DNA of 64,000 nucleotides, taken from sequence record MK295204, one strand, 5' to 3'. A program made the position numbers and the translations under genes. Below the pieces are notes generated by a model. It saw only the letters and a program-made list of their open reading frames with translations, was not told the origin of the DNA and ran no database searches. Shown here piece after piece: positions 34,261 through 43,515 of this stretch. The DNA comes from Shigella phage vB_SdyM_006. How positions within the stretch are numbered: the first letter of the stretch is position 1; each line of letters begins with the position of its first letter.

Positions 34261-34589
34261 TAAACCAACCTTAAAATGTCTTCATACTTCATAGAATTAA
34301 CAGAAATAATTGATTCTGTTGTAATAGAACGCCATGCATTAATCTCTGTATCAAATACTCGGATATATGATGGTGTTTTTGTTTCTTTTTCTGTTAAAGG
34401 TTTAGAACTATCTTGTTTAGGATGATGTTCTTCAGGAATAATATCATAATCTAGTGTACAGCGAATAACTCTAATAGAACCATCTTTTTTAGTAAAAACA
34501 ATTTCATTTTTACCATTATGTAGTAAGGTTTTAATTAAAGCAGTTAATTTAGCTTTTCTTTCTTCTGTAAGTTTCATTTTACACCACAA
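34260..34589 (-). CDS. conserved hypothetical protein
   Basis: 109 aa ORF between cd and gene 31. Confidence 0.45.
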   Translation of the reverse strand: MWCKMKLTEERKAKLTALIKTLLHNGKNEIVFTKKDGSIRVIRCTLDYDIIPEEHHPKQDSSKPLTEKETKTPSYIRVFDTEINAWRSITTESIISVNSMKYEDILRLV

Positions 34590-35125
34590 TAGTTAGTTAT
34601 AGTAGACCAATCAATATGATTGAGATTAGAACGCTCATATTTAATAACTTCAATTCCAGAATCTAATAAAATCTGGTCCCATCCAGGAACATTGCGATCA
34701 TATGTTTCTGCATAAACAAGTTTTTTAATACCAGATTGAGCAATCGCTTTAGCACAATCAGGACATGGCGATAATGTTACATACATTGTTCCGCCATCAA
34801 TAGAAATACCATTACGAGCAGCAAAAATAATTGCATTTAATTCTGCATGGATTTCATGTTTAGAAGACCATGCATTATGTTGCTCACGGAATTCCATATT
34901 TAATCCTGTAATAGTTTTAGGACGAGGACCTGGAACAATAATAGGTTTAGTCCAACCTTTTTCTGCTGCATGGTCGCAGCAATTGACGCCACCAGTAGGA
35001 GAACCATTATAACCAGTAGAAATGATTCTTCCACCTTTTTCAATAACAGCACCAACTTTCCAAGAAACACATTTAGATTCTTGAGAAATGATATAAGCAA
35101 GTTGGAGATATGTCGAAGCTTTCAT
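34574..35125 (-). CDS. cd: dCMP deaminase
   Basis: 183 aa; N-terminus MKASTYLQLAYIISQESKC-SWKVGAVIEK-GRIISTGYNGSP nearly identical to T4 Cd; zinc motifs HAELNAI and PCPDCAKAI. Confidence 0.93.
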   Translation of the reverse strand: MKASTYLQLAYIISQESKCVSWKVGAVIEKGGRIISTGYNGSPTGGVNCCDHAAEKGWTKPIIVPGPRPKTITGLNMEFREQHNAWSSKHEIHAELNAIIFAARNGISIDGGTMYVTLSPCPDCAKAIAQSGIKKLVYAETYDRNVPGWDQILLDSGIEVIKYERSNLNHIDWSTITNYCGVK

Positions 35126-35411
35126 TAGAACGATCCTCTATGTATTCTAAACATTTAGACGGAGTTTGAACCTGTACATCATAAGTATGGCTCTCATAAT
35201 TGAATTCTGCTTTAACAACATATTTTAAAGCATGTTCTGGGTCCATTAATTGAATTAATGTATGGATTGTTGATTTCAAATTTAATTGAAGTTTCCAATC
35301 GCATATCTCAAATAAATTATTTTTATGCCATTGTTCAATATACAAACGAAGAAACTCATCCAAATTTTCTGGAGATGCATGATTTAATTCTTTTACAACT
35401 TTAATACTCAT
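35073..35411 (-). CDS. hypothetical protein
   Basis: 112 aa ORF; 52-nt overlap with cd start in another frame. Confidence 0.35.
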   Translation of the reverse strand: MSIKVVKELNHASPENLDEFLRLYIEQWHKNNLFEICDWKLQLNLKSTIHTLIQLMDPEHALKYVVKAEFNYESHTYDVQVQTPSKCLEYIEDRSNESFDISPTCLYHFSRI

Positions 35412-35413
35412 TA

Positions 35414-35752
35414 TTATTCCTTAAGCATATACATATAAACTAAATAGGTTGTGTTTCTAGTTTTTACAATAGCTACTCTATCATCTAACATTTTAAAGCT
35501 CTTTACAGTAGATGTACTAACATAAGTTTCATCTTTAAATCGATTAGAAATATCACTGTAAATAAGTCCAGAAATACCAAATCTGGCTTCTAAATTAACT
35601 TCAAGAATATGCTCTAATTTATCAGACATTCGATGTCCGATAACAGCTAGAATAGCATCGCATGCACAAGCATTTCGAATAGAAGATAATTCAGATTCTT
35701 GGTTTTGCCCTATTTTATCTTCAATTGCGTTAATCAATTTTTCTGTTTTCAT
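35414..35752 (-). CDS. hypothetical protein
   Basis: 112 aa ORF immediately downstream of the DAHP synthase gene. Confidence 0.45.
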   Translation of the reverse strand: MKTEKLINAIEDKIGQNQESELSSIRNACACDAILAVIGHRMSDKLEHILEVNLEARFGISGLIYSDISNRFKDETYVSTSTVKSFKMLDDRVAIVKTRNTTYLVYMYMLKE

Positions 35753-36723
35753 TATAAGTCCACAATTAATTGTGCAGTGTCAAAGATATCAATACAAGGA
35801 TCTGTAATTGATACACCCCATAAAAGATTATCGGAAATCTTTTGATTACCTTCTATTAAATTACTTTCAATCATAAGCCCAAAAGTATTTTTAGCTTTAA
35901 TTGCTTCTTTAGCTACATTAATTTGGTTTTTAAAATTACCTTCACAATTAGCGTGTGAGCAGTCAACCATAACTGGAATCTCTAAAGACTCAATATATTC
36001 TTTAGAATAATTAGTTTTATATTCTTTACCGATTTTACCACCACGTAAAATAATATGCGTATTTAGATTTCCACTTGCATAGATTTTACTAATCACGCCA
36101 TCCATATTAATACCTAAATACGAATGTGGAAAAGCTGAACTCTTCATAGCATCTAATGCTACTTGAATATCACCTGATGTTGAATTTTTAAATCCAACGG
36201 CCATAGGCAGCCCAGAAGCTATTTCACGATGAGTCTGTGATTCTGTTGTTCTAGCGCCGATAGCAGTCCAACTAAAAATACCAGATAGATACTTAATAGT
36301 AAATGGGTCTAAGACCTCTGTCGCCAAAGGAAGCCCAAGATTCAATAGTTCTATGCATAAGTGACGAGCAATTCTTAACCCTTCATCCATGTTAAACGAA
36401 CCATTTAATTCAGGGTCATTAACAAGTCCTTTCCAACCTACGGTTGTACGTGGCTTTTCAAAATAGACCCGCATTACTAAAAGACATTTATCACCAATAT
36501 GGTTTTGTAATCTTTTTAAATACTGCCCGTAAATGACCGCTTGTGCTGGGTCATGAATAGAACAAGGCCCAACAACGATCAGTTTTTTAGAACTCACGCC
36601 AGAAATAATATCTTTAACTTCTTGGCGATGATTTTCCACTTGTTGCTTTAATTCATCAGAAATTGGCAACTCATCATGTAGCTCTTGTGGTGTGCTAATA
36701 GTTTTAACGTGCATGGATATCAT
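35752..36723 (-). CDS. 3-deoxy-D-arabino-heptulosonate 7-phosphate (DAHP) synthase, class I (AroG-like)
   Basis: 323 aa; collinear with E. coli AroG: VVGPCSIHD, MRVYFEKPRTTVGWKGL, GARTTESQTHRE-ASGL, HIILRGG, DCSHAN, ESNLIEGNQ, SITDPCI; all four AroG metal ligands (Cys, His, Glu, Asp) conserved. Confidence 0.88.
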   Translation of the reverse strand: MISMHVKTISTPQELHDELPISDELKQQVENHRQEVKDIISGVSSKKLIVVGPCSIHDPAQAVIYGQYLKRLQNHIGDKCLLVMRVYFEKPRTTVGWKGLVNDPELNGSFNMDEGLRIARHLCIELLNLGLPLATEVLDPFTIKYLSGIFSWTAIGARTTESQTHREIASGLPMAVGFKNSTSGDIQVALDAMKSSAFPHSYLGINMDGVISKIYASGNLNTHIILRGGKIGKEYKTNYSKEYIESLEIPVMVDCSHANCEGNFKNQINVAKEAIKAKNTFGLMIESNLIEGNQKISDNLLWGVSITDPCIDIFDTAQLIVDL

Positions 36724-36964
36724 ATTCCTCTGAATGGATTAAATGAGTATCATCTTCGATTTTTAACCATAACGTTAATTTAAAAATACCTAAACGACAA
36801 CTGATATCCCATTCAACATCTGATTTAAATAGTGTTTTGAAAATACGATTGACCTGATAAACAATAGCTTCATCAGTAGAAGCATAATCAGAACACATGG
36901 AAATTACGCCTTGAGCCATATCTGATATTGATAATTGCTTAGGAACTTTGTATACATTACACAT
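36704..36964 (-). CDS. hypothetical protein
   Basis: Start set at internal ATG preceded by GGAGA (MCNVYK...), about 86 aa. Confidence 0.35.
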   Translation of the reverse strand: MCNVYKVPKQLSISDMAQGVISMCSDYASTDEAIVYQVNRIFKTLFKSDVEWDISCRLGIFKLTLWLKIEDDTHLIHSEEYDIHAR

Positions 36965-37163
36965 AAAGAATTCTCCAAGTATATCCACCTTCTGGATATT
37001 CACCAATAATAAAATATTGAATACCTTTTGGCGATTCAACTGTTACTAAAACTTCATTAATAAACCCAGAATTAATAGTATTGTGTGAGTTTAAAGTTAC
37101 AGTTGAATCAACTATTTTTTCTGAGAGAGCTTTTGCAAACTCTCTAACTTTATTTTTAAACAT
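36957..37163 (-). CDS. hypothetical protein
   Basis: 68 aa ORF. Confidence 0.35.
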   Translation of the reverse strand: MFKNKVREFAKALSEKIVDSTVTLNSHNTINSGFINEVLVTVESPKGIQYFIIGEYPEGGYTWRILYV

Positions 37164-37168
37164 TATAA

Positions 37169-37360
37169 TTAACCTAAGTTTAAAACAACTTTTTTAATTT
37201 CGCAATCAGGGCCGAAACGAGTATCTATTGCATCTTTAGCTTCTTTGAATGATTTGTACAAACACAAATGTTCTTCTCGTTTTCGTGTAAAGATTCCTTG
37301 CGAAATAGAAATACCTTGAATCATAAAAGTATTTTTACGAAAAATTGCAAATAATTCCAT
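37169..37360 (-). CDS. hypothetical protein
   Basis: 63 aa ORF abutting pnk stop. Confidence 0.35.
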   Translation of the reverse strand: MELFAIFRKNTFMIQGISISQGIFTRKREEHLCLYKSFKEAKDAIDTRFGPDCEIKKVVLNLG

Positions 37361-38358
37361 TAAAAGTCACCTCTATTAACTTGCCAGCACTCAAGTCCAA
37401 GAACTCGCCACATATCAACTACTTGTTGACGGTCATCTAAAACATAAAGAACATTATACCTATTTGCAATGTGTTTGTAAAACAATTCTTTCTTAACAAT
37501 AGAATCTTTTCTATGATCTTTATGACTACGCATAATAAGCTTAGAATATTTTACGCCGTGTTTGTTAAGCCATTTTTCGGTCCCAATACGATGCTCTTTT
37601 TCTTCACCTTCTTCGCGTCCAGATGTTAATAATATCTCAACACCTAAATCATGCATCATATTAATATGATTAATAACATTTTGACGAGGTGTATCTTTCC
37701 ATAATTTATACAGGTCATGTGGGCTACGATGATTGTTGTCAGCAATAGTTCCATCAATATCAACAATAATAGCTTTAGGCAAATCTAAAGTCTTAGACCA
37801 ATCAGGAACACCATGCAAGTAATGTTGCATTTTTTCATAAAACGAATAAATTACTGCTGGAGGAACTGCTGATTCTCCACGGTACAAGTTTCGTTTATAT
37901 AGTGTTTCTAAGTCTTCATCAAAATAAACCCAATCAAGCTGGTATTTAAAGGTTTTAGCAATATCTTTCCATTTATCTCGTGTTTTTGGATTTAAGTTTG
38001 TGTCTGACACAATAACAATGCGATGACCAGATTTATTAAGCCATTCAACTGCGAGCAATTGCTGTTTATCTGTAACTTCTCGCTCACGTTGTTTTGATGG
38101 CTTATATTCATTACGCTTGCAATTAAATAGTTCACAGCGTAAATCATCACGATTAACATTTAGAACAATACCTGGATTAGCAGATACCATTTCTTCAGCC
38201 CAAGTAGATTTACCAGAACCTGGTGCACCAACTGTCATAATAATTTGTTTTACAAATTCTTCTTTTGGTTTTGGAATATCATAACCCATGTACTTAAGAA
38301 CCTGTTCATTTTCAATATTAACCCAAGTAATATCATCACTTTGCATTGGTACAAACAT
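37360..38358 (-). CDS. pseT: polynucleotide 5'-kinase / 3'-phosphatase
   Basis: 332 aa; P-loop GAPGSGKST, HAD motif IIVDIDGTIA, C-terminal VDMWRVLGLECWQV-RGDF matching T4 Pnk. Confidence 0.93.
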   Translation of the reverse strand: MFVPMQSDDITWVNIENEQVLKYMGYDIPKPKEEFVKQIIMTVGAPGSGKSTWAEEMVSANPGIVLNVNRDDLRCELFNCKRNEYKPSKQREREVTDKQQLLAVEWLNKSGHRIVIVSDTNLNPKTRDKWKDIAKTFKYQLDWVYFDEDLETLYKRNLYRGESAVPPAVIYSFYEKMQHYLHGVPDWSKTLDLPKAIIVDIDGTIADNNHRSPHDLYKLWKDTPRQNVINHINMMHDLGVEILLTSGREEGEEKEHRIGTEKWLNKHGVKYSKLIMRSHKDHRKDSIVKKELFYKHIANRYNVLYVLDDRQQVVDMWRVLGLECWQVNRGDF

Positions 38359-38533
38359 AATAATCCTTATTCTTTAATCAAAGAATTCATAAATTCGATA
38401 AAAGCTTCACGTGCATCATTGAGTTGCTCAGCCGTTTTATTATATTCGTCGTAATCAGTCACATGTCTAAGAGATGTTCCTAATTGTTCGAATTGGCTAA
38501 ACAACCCATATAAAATATGAAACTCTAGAGGAG

Positions 38534-39247
38534 TCATTTTAATTCCTGCTCAATTTTGTCAATGATTGCATAAATTTCATGTTTAACTGGAGTAACGGTT
38601 TTACCTGATTTTTTAAACAACTTAGAAGCTTCTTCAGGATTTGTTTTATACAATTTTTTAGCTTCTTCTTTGATGATAGTGGCTTCTTCAACTGCAGACA
38701 TAAGTTCTTTAAGCTTTTTACGAAGATCTTCGATATCATTATTACATGGAACAAAATCTTTTTCTAAAATCATAAAACGATGCCATTGAGTAACAGAAAT
38801 TGGGTCAGTTAATTTAAAATCTGATATTTCTGTTTTACCAGGAATAATGATATCATTATCAGTCTCAGCAACTTTGACTACAACATGAGTCACTTTGTCA
38901 TCTTCAATAGTTGGAATAAACCGAGGTCTTAAATCAGGATTTGCCTTTTTAGTAGAATGCAAAGAAGCAAATCGTTTAAACCGAGTATCTGTAATACTAT
39001 GGACAAACGAAGCATCATTAAGCATATATACGTTCTGGTCATCTTCAAGAATGTGCACATCACCTGGGAGATGTAACATATATCCTGACGATGAAGCAGG
39101 GCTAGAATTGAAACCTGGTAAATGATTAACTTCAGAATAATCGATCTTAAAAAGACCATCAGATCTTCGTGTTGCATTGACAGTAATAGGGAACACAATA
39201 CCTGCCATGCTTGCAAAACCATTATGGCTTGTTAATTTAATTTTCAT
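38534..39247 (-). CDS. hypothetical protein (shares N-terminal motif with next gene)
   Basis: 237 aa; N-terminal F-x-S-x2-GI-x-FPI-x-V-x-AT motif shared with 39250..39471. Confidence 0.5.
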   Translation of the reverse strand: MKIKLTSHNGFASMAGIVFPITVNATRRSDGLFKIDYSEVNHLPGFNSSPASSSGYMLHLPGDVHILEDDQNVYMLNDASFVHSITDTRFKRFASLHSTKKANPDLRPRFIPTIEDDKVTHVVVKVAETDNDIIIPGKTEISDFKLTDPISVTQWHRFMILEKDFVPCNNDIEDLRKKLKELMSAVEEATIIKEEAKKLYKTNPEEASKLFKKSGKTVTPVKHEIYAIIDKIEQELK

Positions 39248-39249
39248 AA

Positions 39250-39471
39250 TTATTCCTCTATAACTGAAAACTCACGTGGTGTAAAATAATAAGAATCTGT
39301 TGATGCGGATTTGTCAAATCCTTTTAATTTAATGAACTGAGATTGGGCAACGTTGATACAAGCGCTGTTATCACAATCAGGTGTAGCATAGACTTCAATA
39401 GGAAACTGAATACCTTCTAAAGAAGTAAACCTGCCATCACATAATATTTTTACTTTTATCATAATTTTCAC
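39250..39471 (-). CDS. hypothetical protein (paralogous N-terminal motif)
   Basis: 73 aa. Confidence 0.4.
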   Translation of the reverse strand: MKIMIKVKILCDGRFTSLEGIQFPIEVYATPDCDNSACINVAQSQFIKLKGFDKSASTDSYYFTPREFSVIEE

Positions 39472-39745
39472 ACTTAGGTTCGTTTAAGTCAACACGGTAA
39501 TAACATACCATAGTTTTCATTTGTTGTAAATATCTTTTTACATCTTCAAGCCAAATTCTTAAATCTTGAGAGTCTTTATAAGATAAAGCAACTTGTGGGC
39601 CGTCTTTATTAATGACTTTCCATTTTACATCTAATGGCTGAACAGGAGCTGGCCATTGTGGATGGATTTTAGGCACTTCCTGTGGTGCAGGAACAACGCT
39701 ATTGCACCCGGTTAATAACATAATAGGAATTATCAGATGTTTCAT
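39437..39745 (-). CDS. o-spanin (outer-membrane lipoprotein)
   Basis: Signal peptide ending in lipobox LLTGC, proline-rich N-terminal region; overlaps i-spanin gene by 4 nt. Confidence 0.7.
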   Translation of the reverse strand: MKHLIIPIMLLTGCNSVVPAPQEVPKIHPQWPAPVQPLDVKWKVINKDGPQVALSYKDSQDLRIWLEDVKRYLQQMKTMVCYYRVDLNEPKCENYDKSKNIM

Positions 39746-40101
39746 TTCGTTTCCTCTACAACACTATCAGTGAACTTTTTAAACGAATTATTAATAAGTT
39801 TAGACACTAGTCCAGGTTTAGATTCAACGATATGTTCACGAGCTGCATCTTTTTTTAGTTTATAAGTTATGCTATTGGTTTCCGTCTGAATAGAACTAAA
39901 CTTATCGTTTAAAGCGTTGTATTGCTTTATTTGATTATTAAGTTTTTCTTTATAATCATCAAATTCTGTATTAAGCTTTTGTAGTGCTTTTTCTGTTTGA
40001 TCTAGTTTTGTTGCATTTTCTGTGTATAAATGGAATAATACCCCATTACTCAAAATAAGAACAAGACCAATAACTAAATAAATTTTTGTGTTCATTGACA
40101 C
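39742..40101 (-). CDS. i-spanin (inner-membrane, coiled-coil)
   Basis: N-terminal hydrophobic helix IYLVIGLVLILSNGVLFHL followed by coiled-coil-like periplasmic region; translationally coupled to o-spanin. Confidence 0.7.
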   Translation of the reverse strand: MSMNTKIYLVIGLVLILSNGVLFHLYTENATKLDQTEKALQKLNTEFDDYKEKLNNQIKQYNALNDKFSSIQTETNSITYKLKKDAAREHIVESKPGLVSKLINNSFKKFTDSVVEETK

Positions 40102-40592
40102 ACCTTAAAAATTGTGTTAATGATGTCGTCAGAAGATAATCCTCTGAATAGAATATGATTTCTTGATGTTGAAGAACTACAGGAAAAAGAAGGGATTAAA
40201 GAAGCCATATCATCGTATGTTAGTTCTTTATGCATAATACCAAGTTGGTGTTTTTCATAAATCGGGTCAACGATAATATAGCATTTATGGCCATTGATAT
40301 GAACATTAGGCTGTGAAATATTAATAAAGACCTCTGCATCAGTGTTAGCTAAATAACTTTCTAAAAATGACTTCATTTCTTGAACAGCTTCAGGTAATTT
40401 TTCGCGTCGTTCTTCAGAAACACGATTATTATATTCTTTTTGTTTGAGTGATTTAGATTTATTACGACCTAAAGCTGCTCTTAAATCAGACAAATAGCCT
40501 ACGCGTTTAGAGCCTTTCCAAACAGATAACCCATCATGACGGTCTCCAAAAGAAGCCACTACCATATCATTTGTAATTAGTTGTAAATCCAT
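40092..40592 (-). CDS. hypothetical protein (position and size of T4 alc)
   Basis: 166 aa vs 167 aa for T4 Alc; positional inference only. Confidence 0.4.
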   Translation of the reverse strand: MDLQLITNDMVVASFGDRHDGLSVWKGSKRVGYLSDLRAALGRNKSKSLKQKEYNNRVSEERREKLPEAVQEMKSFLESYLANTDAEVFINISQPNVHINGHKCYIIVDPIYEKHQLGIMHKELTYDDMASLIPSFSCSSSTSRNHILFRGLSSDDIINTIFKVCQ

Positions 40593-40649
40593 GTTAACCT
40601 CTCATTTTCAAATTTGTCTTACTATATTATAAAAATGAGAGGTTGTAAA

Positions 40650-41768
40650 CTACTTTTTATATACTTCTGGGATAAAAAATGTGTAGTATTTAACAAATAG
40701 ATCGTTTAAACATGATAATAATACGTCATAGTCAAATCCATTATACATTTTCATATAGGCAGAAAACACTTGTGGCACGCCTGCTTTATTGAATTCTGTC
40801 TGACCATTGATTGCGTAGTCTTTTCGATCTTTTCCAAGATTTGCTTCATAAACCATTTTAACAGATTCAACTTGGTCATGAATAGCTTGAGTATAGACTT
40901 CTTCAAAGGCTTTAATTTTTTCTAAAGATTCTTGGTCATTTGCAAATAATGATTTCAAATCGTCAGAGGTTCCTTCTACAATTGCTTTAAAAAGGTCTTC
41001 ATTTGAAGTAATAGAATCTTTTGTTCTGTGTAAAGAAACATAAGCATAACTTTTTACTTTAAATTTAGTCCCATCAGACATCTGAGCAACAACGCCTTCA
41101 ATACCTTGTGATTCATAAACACGCTCTACCCAACCTTCTTCAGGTTCGTATCTAGTAACCAAAATTGGTCTTAATTCTTTAATTGCTTTTAAAGAGTCAT
41201 AATCAATATATTCGCCGGTTTCATTATGACGAGCATTTAACAAGATTAAAGCTGGCTCAGAGTATTTAAGAACAATACGATTTGTTGGTGCAACATATTC
41301 AAAATTAAAAGTGTACTCAGGGTTATCTTTAATCACTTTCCTAACTTCAGAATACATTTCACTATTGATTAGTTTACATGCCTCTAGAGCCTGTTCTGAG
41401 CTAATAGAACCTTTAGATTTTAGATAAACGAACCCGTCAACAAGATAAGAACTAATTAATGAGCCGTCAGCTTTATCCATGAGATATTCTACTTTAGAAA
41501 GATCTAAATCCATTGTCATAGGATTTTCGTTTAAATTAAAAAACTTTTCCATAGGTCTAGAAAGAACTTTGACTGGATTATTATCTTTATCAAGTTCAAA
41601 CATAATACCACGACATTCTAAAGCATCTGGCAATAACCAATCTGAATATGAAGCATAATTATAATTAAAAATCCTTCCTTTTTTATCTATACTCAAATTT
41701 ACGTCATTATAGAAAAACTTTGTTCTATCATACTCGCATAAAGCCATCAAATTGTCAAATAGTTTCAT
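40650..41768 (-). CDS. rnlA: RNA ligase 1
   Basis: 372 aa vs 374 in T4; nucleotidyltransferase motif KADG (KxDG) and position upstream of denA. Confidence 0.8.
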   Translation of the reverse strand: MKLFDNLMALCEYDRTKFFYNDVNLSIDKKGRIFNYNYASYSDWLLPDALECRGIMFELDKDNNPVKVLSRPMEKFFNLNENPMTMDLDLSKVEYLMDKADGSLISSYLVDGFVYLKSKGSISSEQALEACKLINSEMYSEVRKVIKDNPEYTFNFEYVAPTNRIVLKYSEPALILLNARHNETGEYIDYDSLKAIKELRPILVTRYEPEEGWVERVYESQGIEGVVAQMSDGTKFKVKSYAYVSLHRTKDSITSNEDLFKAIVEGTSDDLKSLFANDQESLEKIKAFEEVYTQAIHDQVESVKMVYEANLGKDRKDYAINGQTEFNKAGVPQVFSAYMKMYNGFDYDVLLSCLNDLFVKYYTFFIPEVYKK

Positions 41769-42175
41769 TCTTTTTCCTTATGTTGTGTATTCCAATCAGG
41801 GTTAAACATTTTAATAAAAATTGGCTCTTCAAGGTCCATAGTACTTATTTCCATTTGCCCTAAATCATTTTTAGCCACTAAGTCAAAACACTGACGATAA
41901 TAAAATATTACAGATTTACCTTGATTTAAAGAATCATAGATATTTTTAGATTTAGTGGAATCTGAAGTCCAAGTTTGCCTGTTCATGGAAGTTCTGTAAT
42001 AATTTATCCTCTTTCTAAGATTTTTAGTTTTACCAATGTAAACTAATTGTCCATCAACTTCTATAGCGTATATTACATTTCTTTTTGTTTTAAGCTCTTT
42101 TGGAATAGGTGATATTTCATTATTGTCTAAATTGAGCTCTAAATATTTTACAAATCCGAATTGTTTAAATGACAT
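41765..42175 (-). CDS. denA: endonuclease II (GIY-YIG family)
   Basis: 136 aa, same length as T4 DenA; GIY-YIG core VIYAIEVDGQLVYIGKTKNLRKRINYYR. Confidence 0.85.
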   Translation of the reverse strand: MSFKQFGFVKYLELNLDNNEISPIPKELKTKRNVIYAIEVDGQLVYIGKTKNLRKRINYYRTSMNRQTWTSDSTKSKNIYDSLNQGKSVIFYYRQCFDLVAKNDLGQMEISTMDLEEPIFIKMFNPDWNTQHKEKE

Positions 42176-42182
42176 AAAAATA

Positions 42183-42198
42183 AAGGGCCGAAGCCCTT
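42183..42198 (-). terminator. hairpin terminator between nrdB and denA
   Basis: AAGGGC-CGAA-GCCCTT, T-run on minus strand. Confidence 0.55.
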
Positions 42199-42202
42199 CT
42201 CC

Positions 42203-43375
42203 TTATAAGTATTTCTTAAATCCATCTAAAACTTCTGGATTAATATCTTCATCAATTTGAGAAATTAAATAAGAATCGATTTCAACTTCTTGAGGTGCTG
42301 ATTGAACACCTTCAGAATTTAGATATTTAGACATCCAGACTAAAGGATTTTTAAGACCTTTATATGGACTATTTAATCCAGCATGACGCATTCGGATATC
42401 AGTAATATAGTCTACATAGCCTTTAAGATTTGTATGGTTTAAACCTGAGACAGTCCCAAATTTAAACAGATCATCTACCCAATCTTTTTCTTGTTGATTT
42501 ACTTCTAAGAATAATGTAGTAGCTTCTTCTTCAAGTTCATCTGCGATTTTTTTCCAGTGTTCGCCTTCTTTACCAGATTGCCATTGACGAATCATATATT
42601 GAGTGCCTTTAAGATGTAATTGTTCATCACGGGCAATCAACTTCATGATTTTGGTATTGCCTTCAAGAACACCTTTGTTTTCGAAGAAATTAAATGTACA
42701 CGCAAAAGATACATAAAACCGAATAGCTTCTAAAGCATTAATGGCATGCATACATAGATATAGTTTACGCATGGCATCATCTAAATCTTTTTCATATCGA
42801 TTCCAAGCGCCAATTAATTGGAATCCTGTTGGGTCTCGTTGTTCTTCTTCCTCAATAATGTCTTTAATATTTTCGTATTCTCTGATAGCCTTAATTAAAG
42901 AATCATAATATTTTGTGATTGATTCTGCACGAGCCATAATAGCATCATCAAGAACAATTTCGTCAAATTCTTTTGATGGGTCTTCATAAAGATTACGCAT
43001 AATATGAGTATAAGACCTAGAATGAATTGTTTCGCTAAATGACCATGTTTGAATCCATGTTTCTAATGAGACATCAGAACAAATAGACAATAAAGCTTCT
43101 GATGGACCACGTCCTTGAATAGAATCAAGAAGTGTTTGATATTTTAAGTTATTAGTAAAAATTCTTTTTTCGTGTTCAAGTAATTTGTCGTACTGTGATT
43201 TGTCTGTCATTAAATTAACTTCTTCTGGCCGCCAAAAAAAGCTTAAAGCTTTTTCAGTCAAATCTTCAAAGACTCGATGTTTTACTGTTTCGTAACGTGC
43301 AATACCTGTTGATTCACCAAAGAACATTGGCTGAGACATGATGTCGATTTGTTCTTTATTAAAAATAGTTGCCAT
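42203..43375 (-). CDS. nrdB: ribonucleotide reductase small subunit (class Ia), uninterrupted
   Basis: 390 aa vs 388 in T4; contiguous ORF, so no intron. Confidence 0.9.
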   Translation of the reverse strand: MATIFNKEQIDIMSQPMFFGESTGIARYETVKHRVFEDLTEKALSFFWRPEEVNLMTDKSQYDKLLEHEKRIFTNNLKYQTLLDSIQGRGPSEALLSICSDVSLETWIQTWSFSETIHSRSYTHIMRNLYEDPSKEFDEIVLDDAIMARAESITKYYDSLIKAIREYENIKDIIEEEEQRDPTGFQLIGAWNRYEKDLDDAMRKLYLCMHAINALEAIRFYVSFACTFNFFENKGVLEGNTKIMKLIARDEQLHLKGTQYMIRQWQSGKEGEHWKKIADELEEEATTLFLEVNQQEKDWVDDLFKFGTVSGLNHTNLKGYVDYITDIRMRHAGLNSPYKGLKNPLVWMSKYLNSEGVQSAPQEVEIDSYLISQIDEDINPEVLDGFKKYL

Positions 43376-43476
43376 TTTAATCCTTAATTTTTCTTTTTAC
43401 AAGGGTCCCATCTTTTACTGCTTTGTCATAAGCAATTTTAATTAATCGTAGACGTTCCACTTTAGAATTTCTAATT

Positions 43477-43510
43477 TTGTTAAAATCTATCTCGGACGAA
43501 TCCGAGATAG
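43477..43510 (-). terminator. terminator after nrdA
   Basis: 10-bp stem CTATCTCGGA-CGAA-TCCGAGATAG then T-run on minus strand. Confidence 0.65.
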
Positions 43511-43515
43511 TTGTA

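Noticed and set aside
38539-39222. Several 70-100 aa ORFs in other frames and strands
   Set aside because: All lie inside the 237-aa gene 38534..39247 and have no independent start signals.
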